In this document: positions 1 through 12,400 of the stretch, in pieces
How positions within the stretch are numbered: position 1 is the stretch's first letter
How the letters are laid out: every line of letters starts with the position of its first letter
Source of the DNA: Tubulanus polymorphus
Lineage: Eukaryota > Animalia > Nemertea
NCBI RefSeq assembly: GCF_964204645.1
Contig: NC_134032.1
Coordinates: 13,380,275 to 13,444,274, forward strand
Length of the DNA stretch: 64,000 nucleotides
Direction of reading: 5' to 3'
Program-made: the position numbers and the translations under genes
The notes under the pieces: generated by a model
Databases searched by the model: none
What the model was told of the DNA's origin: nothing
The model's input: only the letters and a program-made list of their open reading frames with translations

Positions 1-799
1 TCATGTCGTTTTATCAAAAATTCATGTCACATGACGCTGTCAAAAATCACGAATTTCATGCATAACTTTTCAATTATTCACAAATTCGGTTCATAAAAAG
101 TTTGAAACCACAGTTAACGAAAAAATAGAGTCCCTCTTGATACAAGTAGTCCTCGAAACCTAAATATAAAACCTTTATGGGAATTGTAATTCTTTGTGTG
201 AAATTCCTGTCCTTCTAATCAACCAAAAGTCAAACAGATTGGACGACTACGGATATTATTTTTATCTGACAAAATCCAGTTTATTCACGACGTACGTTTT
301 TGTACATCACACGTATCAGTGTTTACAATACCAAATCATATAATATAACAACTTAACCGATAATTCATAACGATAATACATTTATACATGCATATAATAT
401 ATACTTATTGATATTACACTGTTTGATTGCCACATTGAAATATTATGATGATAGATATCTATTTATAATATATAAATTATTAAAATTTTCGAAATATATC
501 TTAATATCACAGTGAATATGATGAACGATGGACTGCGCCTTACCGCATACAGACAGGTACGCATCAGTGCGCATAAATATTTAAATTGAAGAAATCAATT
601 CAGACTAGTACCAGTCTATGAAGTGTAGAAGGGAACCACAATATGAAGGTGTAACAAATTAACGAGATTCATTCAAAAACAATTTTGAATAATTCTCCGA
701 AAATGGATAGAATCTATCCGAAATGTCAGGACAACAGTTCAACAGTTATAAAGTTAAGATTTGCAAAGATTTTAAGAGTCAACTGTCTAATTTTCACTC

Positions 800-1330
800 T
801 CAAGATTACTCACAACTGCTGAACTGGACTCCTGAGTTCAGAGTTAACTCTTACTTAGAACTGTAGAACTGGATCCTGAGTTTCAAGTTAACTCTTATAC
901 TTACAACTGTAGAACTGGATCCTGAGTTCAGAGTTAACTCTAACTCACAACTGTAGAACTGGATCCTGAGTTCAGGGTTGACTCTAACTCGCAACTGTAG
1001 AACTGAACTCATGAGTTCAGAGTTAACTCTAATTCATAACTGTAGAACTGGATCCTGAGTTCAGAGTTAACTCTAATTCATAACTGTAGAACTGGATCCT
1101 GAGTTGAGAGTTAACTCTTACTCATAACTGTAGAACTGGATCCTGAGTTCAGGGTTGACTCTAACTCGCAACTGTAGAACTGGATCCTGAGTTCAGAAAC
1201 TCTAACTCACAACTGCTGAACTGGACTCTTGAGTTTCAAGTTAACTCTTATACTTACAACTGTAGAACTGGATCCTGATTTCAGAGTTAACTCTAACTCA
1301 CAACTGTAGAACTGCATGGATCCTGAGTTC
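800..1330. repeat. ~43-bp minisatellite derived from a MITE terminal repeat
   Basis: About 12 units of AACTCACAACTGTAGAACTGGATCCTGAGTTCAGAGTTAACTCT. Confidence 0.9.
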
Positions 1331-2009
1331 ATTTTAGTTATCAAATCTTCACATCAAGGTCTTCTACATCGAGAATCAGGTCATTCAAGGTACCGTAAAA
1401 TAACTGCAGTAACAGTAAATAATGTATCACAGACACAAAACGAGAGCAGGCAAATTTTTTCGATTGTCAAAAGTCCATAACTAACTTTCTATTCCACAGT
1501 TGAAATATTTTACTCTGTGCATGGAGTTTATACGCCCATGCTCTGTGTGAACAAAAATCAAATCAGTAATCATTGGGTACAATTTTGATTTTCTGCAAAG
1601 AATGTACTACTCGAATGAAACTTGAATGCTGAGCAGAGAACAGATCAAATAAAGGAGATTTCTTATATTCTTCTACATGTGTATACCGGTATGCGTTAAG
1701 CTGTCTTGCAGCCATTTGCTTTTACAACATGACCACACCACATTTTGAACAGTCAAACACAGTAAGCCAGGACTCACATGAAGTTTGTAAACCCCCCCGA
1801 TTATCTTTAGTTTCTATGTACAGCAAGTCTCCAAAACAAACTACAACTTCACGTGTTCAGACCTCTATACAGTGGACTGGTGAGCAATGGGTTAATAATG
1901 TGTGATTGGAAGACAATCCGTGAAATACTATAAAATATATAAATTGTGCTGCCATTTAATATATATATATACAATATTGTAAGAATTACATGATACGTTG
2001 ACTTCATAG

Positions 2010-2288
2010 GGCAGGTTTTGATTGGTGTCTACTGATTTCGTGCGCGTTCCGTTTCAACCAGAATTATTACGCTCTATTTCAGAATAGCTTCATAATCTGT
2101 AAACCTGATATAAGCGGCTGGTAGAGAATTTTTAGGTACATCTCTAACCGACGCCGGAATTCTCTTCTGGCGCTTCCGTTTCGACCAGAATACGCTCAAC
2201 CTATTCCAGAAATCTGTAGACCAGATTGCAGCTGGTGAGTTTGTAATCCGGAATTCCTCAACTGCAATACATTCGATCAAAACCTGCC
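2010..2288. mobile_element. Non-autonomous TIR element (GGCAGGTTTYGATTG family; also 10098-10575 and a fragment at 15144)
   Basis: Terminal inverted repeats and dispersed copies. Confidence 0.6.
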
Positions 2289-2730
2289 TCAGTTTCTCTC
2301 TAGAGAGTGAATGCTTCTATTTTGGGATCATGGATTTTTTGTCGAAATCTAAACAATGAATAAAGGTGCAAAGAATAAAATAATGTCTATACAGATTCGA
2401 CACACCAGATGGCGCCACGCCAGAAAATAGTTATCTCGAAATTCAACGCGTTTATCACTTCGAATCTAAATCCCGACCTTAAAAGTAGTCGATCGAAAAA
2501 GAATCAATTACACAAGAATCAATCGAAATACAATCATGTGTAAAAATCATGAAATACAATAAATTTTATGAACATATAATCATCGTATATTTATTATTAG
2601 TATCATCAATCTTATTATTATGCTTTCATTTATGTAAATCGTACGTATATTCAATAGATATATAAATTTGTGTAAAACCCTTTCAATTTTAAATTTCAAT
2701 ATGTGTATCCACACAAAGCCAAACAAATAC

Positions 2731-2902
2731 AGGCTGCTCGTTTCATTCACTCTGAACACTGTGCGAAGCAAAGAAATACACTAGAACAGGTTACGTGACT
2801 CTCTCAGACGCTACTCTGCTACTCCAAAAAATTTGGTGGGGCAGCGAGAATTCCGCTAGATGGCACTGTTCGGAGTACTCCGCAGAGTGAAACGAGCAGC
2901 CT
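2731..2902. mobile_element. MITE with AGGCTGCTCGTTTCA TIRs
   Basis: Inverted termini. Confidence 0.6.
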
Positions 2903-3408
2903 ACTAATAACACCCTCCCTCTCCCTGGCAAATACCCCCCACATGCGGATGCGTATATGAACAACCCCTGACATCGTGTGAAACATATTCTTCATATAAA
3001 TAAATCATACGTAAACAGAAACATATTCATATAAATATTTCGATAACTTCTTTTGAAAATTCTTGCGAAATTTGTTTCAGTCGGTAAATTATCAAAATTG
3101 ATTAAATTAAATCAACCGCAATTAATATCGAAAAAAATAAATAACATATGACCGGGCATAAATACATCAATATCTATAAATTAATTTCAATTGAACAATT
3201 GCTAATTTGTTGCGTAAAATAGTGTCGATAAATAGTGAAACATAGCCTTGCTTAATTTATGATTAATTAGGCTCTTTTTTAAGTAGGTGAAATTTTATTT
3301 TGTTATCTTAAAATATTCGTTTATTTGTTTTTAAAGCTATAACGACCGTCGTAGTTTTGTTCAGCCGGTAGAAAGTTGACTGCGATCTGTAATAAGTTGA
3401 TGTCCGAG

Positions 3409-3438
3409 TTATTTCGCCGAGGCCTGTTCCTCCTTCAA
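3409..3438 (-). CDS. DCDC2: Terminal coding exon (LKEEQASAK*)
   Basis: TTTTCCAG acceptor, TAA stop, minus-strand AATAAA signals near 3294-3327. Confidence 0.65.
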   Translation of the reverse strand: MKEEQASAK

Positions 3439-6400
3439 CTGGAAAACAAAATACCGACAGATTTTAGAATAATCTAATGAAAACTAAGCAAGTTAAACCG
3501 TTCTACGCCGCAGTGCGGTGTATGAATCAGTGATGGACTTTGCTAGTACATTATATTGTGATTTATTGATGTTATATTAGTAATGTTAAACCGCACCGCA
3601 GTGTAGACGCACCAGGCCCGTTATTCAAGGCACTGCACAAAATTCTTAAATCATCTCTAGCTATTTCAAACAAGATAACGTTTCTTTTTACACATTGTTT
3701 TGGGCAACATCAACACATGAAAAAAACCTTGTGATATGCCTCCAAAAAGAACTGACTTAAGTGAACTCTACTCTATCAAACAACTCAGATATCATTCTCT
3801 GGTCGAAGGACCTGATTTGAACGGTCTACTGTAACATCCAACCATGGACATTATATCTAGTTTATACGTTCATGATATCGTTCTCAAGTCAAAAGATCCT
3901 TGAGCCTTGAGCAGAGTAAACTGTACCTTTCTGAGTCAGATATCACTAGTCAAGATTTGTGACCATAAATGGCAACCATAGATAAAAGAGTAATCAATGA
4001 GTGAAGGTGCTGTTGTGCCGAAAGTATAACTAAGAAGTGTTCAACTCACAATGTGAAAAGTTTGCTGGGTAAATAGAAGAGCCAGTCAAGTAACAATATA
4101 CATCGGGTGTAGTTATCAGTTGGGATGTACCCTGGGTCCAGTTCCACAATTCAGAGTTATGATTTAACTCTGAGTTAAATCATTGAAAATGAACTACATT
4201 TAACTCAGATTTAACTCTAACCCACAACTGTGGAACTGGGTCCTGTATTGTAATAACCGAGATAAAACTATTATCAAAAATGCGAGTGCTAGGTTTTTGC
4301 TCATTTGGAAGACAAGGAAGGATCAGGAATGAGAGGATGGTAATAGAACAGGAAAGAGAATAGAATAGAAGGTGAACGGATAGATTTAGTCGACAAATTG
4401 CGATAGATTATCAGCAGGAATGCTCGAAAGACTTCTATAATTACGATTGATCGAAAGAACAAAATAAAAGAGAAAGATCATGAAAACCTGAGACATCGAT
4501 TGGTAATAATTATGTCGAGAGTTTTTCGACATTGAGAAGAAGCAGGTGGAACAAACAGTGCTGAGTGAGCTACACAAATACACTGGTGATAGAAACAAGA
4601 GGCACAAATGGTGCAGCGGATACATACACTGATCAGGGTGGCCAATATTTTTGGTTTACAATGCATTCTCCAATTTTTCCCTGACATACACATTGTTTTG
4701 ATCTTCTAAGAATCCGATCAATAAACAGTAAAATATGTAAAACATAGACAGAAACTGTTTGATAATACGCGCGATCTCACCAAAATTCCCCGACTTTTAG
4801 CGTTTTTACAAAATTCCCTGACTATCCCCAGGATCCAGTTCCACAGTTGTGAGTTAGAGTTAAATCTGAGTTAAAATGAGTTCATTTTCAATGAGTTTAC
4901 TCAGAGTCAAATCTTAACTCACAACTGTGGAACTGGGTCCAGGTTTTTTAAAAGAAAAAATATCCCCTGATTTTTCCCTGATTTCCGGGCAAGTGGCCAC
5001 CCTGCTAGTGATGGCGCGAGTTTTCGTATGAAACTACCTTCTGTGTATCTTTACGCGATTTAAAGCCGCGATAGTTCGACTGAATTCGAGTGGCCGCTTC
5101 GTTCTCCTGTAGAAAAACCAAAATATCACGATCACGAACGGATTTGAACGGATGATGTCGACGAGGAAATGAAAAGCACTCGATTGAAAAGCAAAAGCGT
5201 TCAGATGGTGCACCTGCACCCCTTAGACATTCGATACTTTGACCACCAACTGTTTGTCAAATTTTACCAAACGAAAAATTAAATTTTTAATGAACTACAA
5301 ACACTAGTGAGACCATTTTATCAGCACACTTTAAAGCCAACTAGTTGCAAGGCAGTTTTCGGCGCATGAGAGGAACTGGCTGGATACGATCAGTTGCTTG
5401 AACGTGTCGATGTGAGCGAGCTTACGATTGGTAAGCGTCGATCTATCTCCAGTTCCAGCCAGTTGCCCATGTTCTACTTTTGAGCAACTGGTTGTACTCA
5501 ATCGCAGTCATATCCGTCGATGTGCGCGCTCTGGATCTCGACGATCGACACGCGCCATGCAGTTGCTGCAACTGACCGGTTGTAACTAGATTTCGATGTG
5601 CGCGGGGTAATCGTTCGGTAGCAACTAGTTGTCTCCAATCGCAGTGTCGATGTGCGCTAGGCTTAAGAAACTGATCATCCACACTTCACATGTGTTCAGT
5701 ACTTCACTTCAGACATTTCTAATTGAAAATGAACTACAAACACTAAGACATAACATACGTATTATCAGCGCACTTCACGCGTGTTCAGTACTTCACCTCA
5801 TTTTTAATTGAAAATGAACTACAAACACCAGACATTAGACATTTTATCAGCGCACTTTCAAAAACTGATCGTTCACATTTCACACTCTAACTATGGCGAA
5901 TGTCTGAAGGGGTTGTTCAGGAGGACTGCATATTGACAAAGCCACTGCAATAACTGATCAAAACAGATACTCTGAATGCTGATTAATGCATATTGAATAT
6001 TTCTGTACCTTTTTGATGTTTTTACGGGTGTTATATCCCCGATATCCTGCCTGGATTTTAGTCGCTGCCGCATTTGACTGAAAATTTATATCTTGTCGTT
6101 ATGAAATAAATGTTTTTTATAAATATGCTCATTAAGATTATGCTTTTTGTAGAAATTATTCGTATTAGGTTTTATGATAAATCATTAAGATTTTTAGATA
6201 GACTTTATCTACTTTTTGATTACTAAATATGGTAGATTAAAAAGTGCTTGATTTGATGAAATATACGGTGCAAGTCGATATTTACGCCAAAACTACATAA
6301 ACTACATTTAGAAAATGGAGTGCAATTCATAGTTTTTAAGACTATTTCATGGAGACTGAAAGGGTCAGTGCGTACTGATATATATCAACTGGACCCAGTT

Positions 6401-9400
6401 CCATAGTTCTTATAGTAAGAATTCAACTCTAGAAGTTGAAACATTGGGAACGAACTACCGGTTACTGAAATTCTAAAGCTGCGATCACATGAACATTTCT
6501 AGCCCTGAACAACTGTTCACCAGGATGCCAAATTGGTCTATGCCGGTTTTCCGGAAATGACTCGTTTCGCTTTGGTTGAGCATTGTTTAGTATAAAATGA
6601 GTGGTTTACAAGTGAATGCGCTCTCTAATTAGGCACGGGCCAAATTTGACCAGGCCTGATTCGTGCCAATTTGGCCCAGGACGAATTGTCTCCGTGTGAT
6701 TGCAGCTTAAAGTTAGATTCAGACTCTAACTCATGATCGTGGAACTGGATCCTGGTCCTGAAGGCATCACTGTCTGTCTAATAAAACTATGAGGTAACTA
6801 CCGATCACGTAAAAAATGTACCTTTTCTATATCTTTACGGGCTTTACGCCCGCGTTGTACCGACTGAATTTTAGTCGCAGCATCATTTTCCCTTTTATTC
6901 TTCGTAATAAATGATATTTCAATTATGTTATTGATTTCTCGCTTTTTTTAATCCTTGCTCTACCACGATGGGCAAAACTCGGAAGAAAAATCTCATGAAT
7001 TTCGTTCTCATTCATTTTTGATTGAAGTTAATTCTTTTATGTTAAGTTGATATAAAGGTCCTGTTCTCAGAATAAAATTCAAGTTCGAAACGTTTCCTGT
7101 AGTGTTTATTCAATGTTTTGGACTATTTCCTATACATAACATGTAGTAGAAGCATTGAAACTACAAACTCAAGGAACCATTTCAGGCTTCATTTTTCATT
7201 CTTAGTGAAGGCGATTTTTATATCATCAATAATACATGTAGTTTTTATGTTAAGCTAATTCGAAAAATTTAACAACACATGAAATTCAACCAAAAAATTA
7301 TCGTACCTTCGCTTCATCTGACTCATCATCTGCTGGTTTCTCTCCCTGAAAATGAACAGAAATATTTTCTTACTATAAACTTTCACTGTGTTAATATCAT
7401 AACTATAGTAATGTGGATATCAATCTGCTGCCAATTGTCTGTCACACATGCTCTCTGTGCAACATTTTGATCCGCATAATTTCATCAATAATCAGATGAT
7501 CTGCCTGATGTTATGCATCGATTCATTCAGAAAGGGTTTCGAATTGAGAAATAAGCTATTAATTTTGCATGAACCGTCAAATGTCAGATGGAACGATTCC
7601 AGGCTGCAGATTGATGACATCATTTTAAGATTCATTTTATTTCATATTATTACACTTATTACATTTAATTGTGCAGAGACATAAAAACATGAATCAAGCA
7701 GGTGTAAGATGGTTAAAGATGTGTCATACAGGTATCAGTATGTAGGTGTTGAAAAGTTAAACATGTGTCAAGCAGATGTTAGAAAAGATGTACCATGCAG
7801 TTGTCAGCATGCAGGTGTTAGGAAGTTAAAGATGTAACATACAGTTGTCAGCATGCAGGTGTTAGGAAGTTATAGATGTAACATACAGTTGTCAGCATGC
7901 AGGTGTTAGGAAGTTATAGATGTAACATACAGTTGTCAGCATGCAGGTGTTAGGAAGTTATAGATGTAACATGCAGTTGTCAGCATGCAGGTGTCAAAAA
8001 GTTAAACATGTGTCAAGCAGGTGTTAGGAAGGTGTTTAGAGGGTTAAATCTGAGGACTGACAGACACCACTCAATCGATCAATACCTCGTCCTCTTCATT
8101 GTTCACTTCATCCGCGATCGAAGTACTCGAATCTCGCTCCTTATTCTCAATAGGTGGCGTGGCTTGTCGATCGTGTTCAGAAGCAGGCCGCTCGGCTGGT
8201 GTTGCCTGGCGATCTTGTCTAGACGCAGACCGCTGGGCTGGTGTTGCTTGGCGATCTTGTTTAGACGCTGACCGCTCGGCTGGTGTCGCGGAACGCTTGC
8301 CCACTTCGGGAGTTGCAGATTGTTCTCTACGCGGAGGAGGGGTCGCCATCCCATTTTGAGGCGGTGTTTGAGATTTTGGGGGCGGGGACGGTGATAACTT
8401 TTTCGCCTACGTGAAAAGGGTAAACATTCACTAACGAAACTCGAAAAACATGAAGCAGCTATAACTAACAATACAGGAATCAGGTTTATCTATTTTGGAC
8501 GCGAAGCCACCACAGAAACAAAATTTCGTTCTCGAGGTCCTCATTGAGGTCTCTTGAATACCATAGTTTGGGTATTCTCGGAAAATGTTCCTTGCTTCGT
8601 CTCCAAAATAGAATATTAGATAGCCATACGACAGAGCCTCGTTTACCCTTTCAGGAAGCAAAGCCTATGCTACAATAGCGCAGCCATGGTATAAATAAGT
8701 TCACGAGCGGTGTAGAATTTTGTCAGAAGAATGGGGCAGTGCGATTCGAACCGCGAGTGAACCCAGTTTGAAGCAACTAACAATGAATTGAGTGAACGTA
8801 GTTTTAAGCAACTAACAAGGCAGAATTAAACAAACGACGTTTAGTTCAATAAGACACTGACCTCATCTTCTGACGGTTTTTTTGTCAGTTCTTTATCCGC
8901 CGGTACATCTTGGATTTCTTCTTCGTCCTACAAGAATATTTGTATCATCGATAAATGAGTAGTGCATTTCATAAATTCTATTTAACCCTTTCAGTGCTGA
9001 GTAATTGATTCCTGAAAATGGTGATTTAAAACGTTAGAAAATCCTGCCCCACCATGTTGAATAACAGGCATACCGCTTAGCCTACACTGTGGCGCGATGA
9101 ATCGTTAGTTACTAATATTTCACTATATTTGACAGATCTGCTGCCATCTTTCAATAGAGATATATAAAACCAAAAATTCATAAATTCATAGTCTTTATGA
9201 ATTTTTGAACTAATAACATGAATACATCATAATACCAAGTCCATCACTTATTTACATACTGCACTGAAAGGGTTAGTAATGATAACAACTTCATTTATAT
9301 AGGGTGGGACTATAGATTAGTCTCAGCACTTTACATGACACTTTACAAAAAAACAGAAGGTCATTCACACTTGATTAAAAATATACATGTCTAGAAAAAG

Positions 9401-12400
9401 GTAGGTTTTAAGATTACTAGGTGTTTCAACGGATTTACGCTCGCTTGATGATCTAGATAGGATGAGAATTGAGAATCCATGAAGCATATACGAAAAGCAG
9501 AAAGATTTAAAACAAATTTACTAATGATGACAGAAAAAACCAAGTGATGATTGCCAAGGCACAGATAAGTGAATGGATTTATGAATGTCCAATACAGGTC
9601 TTGCAGTAGGGTGCTCTTTTTTTGAAGTGACTGAATTGGCAAAAACACAACAAGTGAGTTACAAGACAGAACCTTGAAGTTTGTTTGTCTCCTGATTATC
9701 TTTTGCTATCACGTGTGGCAAGTCTCCAGCACTGGGGTTGACAAACAAACGATAACAAGACATCTATAAAGGTATCATGTGGAGGTGGTGGAAGTGGTGG
9801 AAGTGGTGGAGGTGGTGGAGGTGGTGTAATCGAGATTCACGAGCTCAAGAATCAACTGTTGCGGGATGCAGGACGAAGTAAACAATACCCTCCTCCATGG
9901 TGATATACAAGTGCGCATGCAAAGCCTTAAGGCGTATATATGATTCATATGGACCTAACATGTGCATGTAAAATGGCTACTACATCTGAGCCACATGTAA
10001 CATGTGTAACATGTAACAATGAACAGGTACGTGTGTATCACTACGGTGCAGTAAACCCCGCTTAATCCGAATCATTACGATAGTTAAACCAAGTAAGGCA
10101 GGTTTCGATTGGTCTCTACCGATTCTGGAATTTTCGTCTGGCACGTTTATCTCTACCAGATTATACGCTTTATCGTTTCGAGGATAGTATAATCCGATAG
10201 AGATTTTGGTAGATTTTGATTGGTCTCTACCAATTCAGAATTCTCTCTACCTACTCCGGATGGCTGGTAGAGAGTGTATGCTATTCCTAAACCAGAATAA
10301 GTTAGATCGAGACCTCCTGCCTCAGTTCAATAGCTAACCAAATAGCTTAAGATCGGTCTTCGCGTTTGTTTCTGACCAGAATAAGCTTAATCCATTCGAG
10401 AATAGTATAATCCGATAGAAGCAGCTCGTAGAGATTTTGGTTGGTTTTGATTGGTCTCTTCCAATTCAGAATTCCCTCATGGTGCCTTTGTTTTGGCCAA
10501 TCTGTAAACCTGATAGAAACGGCCGGGTAGAGAATTGATATTCCTAAACTGGAACACGTTCAATCGAAACCTGCCCGAGATATGATGAAGTTTAAATTCC
10601 TCATAAACCGCATTAATTTCAGATTAAGCCGAGATTATTACCGTATCATTTGAAAAACATTTTTAACGATACCTTCCAAGCGGTCGGCTCCGGGTCGGGG
10701 GACGAAAACGTCGAACGATGATGAATTTGGGCCTGAATTAATTGATTCAAACCTCCGGGCATTTCGAAATCGAACGTATTTCGATCGTTATTCGAAACGC
10801 GTAAAACATCGGGCGTACGCCTCGGGATATCGGGATGTTCCGGTTCGAAAACGACAAGATGATTATTGCTGGTCTCTTGATCGGAGAGGGCGATGTTCGA
10901 AAGATTGTTAGTAACGCCATCTATATCGGCGGTTATGCCGCTATCGACGCTACCGTCGTTATTCGGAGTCATGTCGTCATCGGTTTTCAAAGCCGGAAAT
11001 TCGATGTCGGCTTCTCGCGCGAGATCAGGGTCAGACCCGTCTGCAGCTGACTGGTCAGACCCGTCAGCAGCCAACTGGTCGAATCCGTCTGCAGCTGACT
11101 GGTCGAATCCGTCTGCAGCCGACTGGTCGAACCCATCCGCAGCCGACTGGTCGAATCCGTCTGCAGCCAACTGGTCAAATCCGTCTGCAGCCGACTCATG
11201 ACTCGATTCTGGACATATATTTGGCAAAACTGGAAAAGGATTCAGGTCCACGTTCGATTTCGAAATCTGATCTTCGTCTGTGAAAAAATTCTTGTCGTTT
11301 CGTGATTTTGGGATGTGCATTTTCGGTTTATCGAAAACGAAATCGTCCTCATCGAGGTCAAGGTCATGATCACGGTCATCGCGTGGCCCGTTCAACCGTT
11401 TATCGTCCTTTTATTCACGAAAGCAAGCGCGGAGAAGAAAAGTGCGAGATAAAAAAAGATTAGAGCGGCAACGATGAAGAGAACTAACTTCTTCTTTTCT
11501 CTAAACGTGCTCCGAGGAATGAAAACATTCGAGAAAAAGAGCTACATAGTAAAATTTGATGATAATATCAGGCAGCGGTGGATCCACAATTGCAGGCAGC
11601 GGGTGCGCAAATCAAAGTAAGACGCATAGACACGCTCTGGGTCGTTCAAAGTAGTTATCAACTCACAAATTAGATAGGGATTTTAGAACTTTCAAATTAA
11701 GGAATTGAAAGGACTTTTTGCGAAAAAGTTTTGTGCAACCCCTGGATCCACCACTCTCAGGCATGCAAAAAAGAAAGCATCAATAATGAATTTGTAAGAA
11801 AATTCATCTAAAATAACCGAACAGTGAGAAGTTTGTCTCGAGAAAAATGATGCCAGCATCATATGAATGAAAATCTAAAATTCGAATGAGAAAAATGAGA
11901 GGATATTTATAACGTATCGTACCTTCACTTCTTCAGCTTCGACCTGATCGATTGGTAACTCAACCTGCGTATCGTTCGTTTCCTCTACCTCTTCGGCTTT
12001 ATCCTCATCGCGAGTCTTCGCTTTGTAAACGCCGCTGTCATCTGAAACGACGAAATAACTCCAATGATAACCAACAATGTGTACGATTGCAGATTTCAGG
12101 TCACAGTACCAGATGTCCTACTGCACACTAGCAACACCTGGTGGATCCTCACTTGCCATGAGTAGAATCCCTGCACCCGGTTCCACAGTTGTGAGTTAGG
12201 GTTTACTCCGAGTTAAGATCAGTTCATTTTTAAGTCAAATCTTCACACAGAACTGTGGAACTGGGTCAAGATTGCTACAGTCAGTTGCTGAGTCTTCACT
12301 GTTGAGTTTGAGATGAAAATTATCAACTTGACAATTATCAATTTGACAATTTGTTCAGAAAGAGGACCGGGATCCAGTTTCACAATAAAGTTAAACCTAA

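Noticed and set aside
1337-1389. Possible plus-strand exon (TTTTAG..CAAG|GTACC)
   Set aside because: Isolated, with no partner exons or recognisable peptide.
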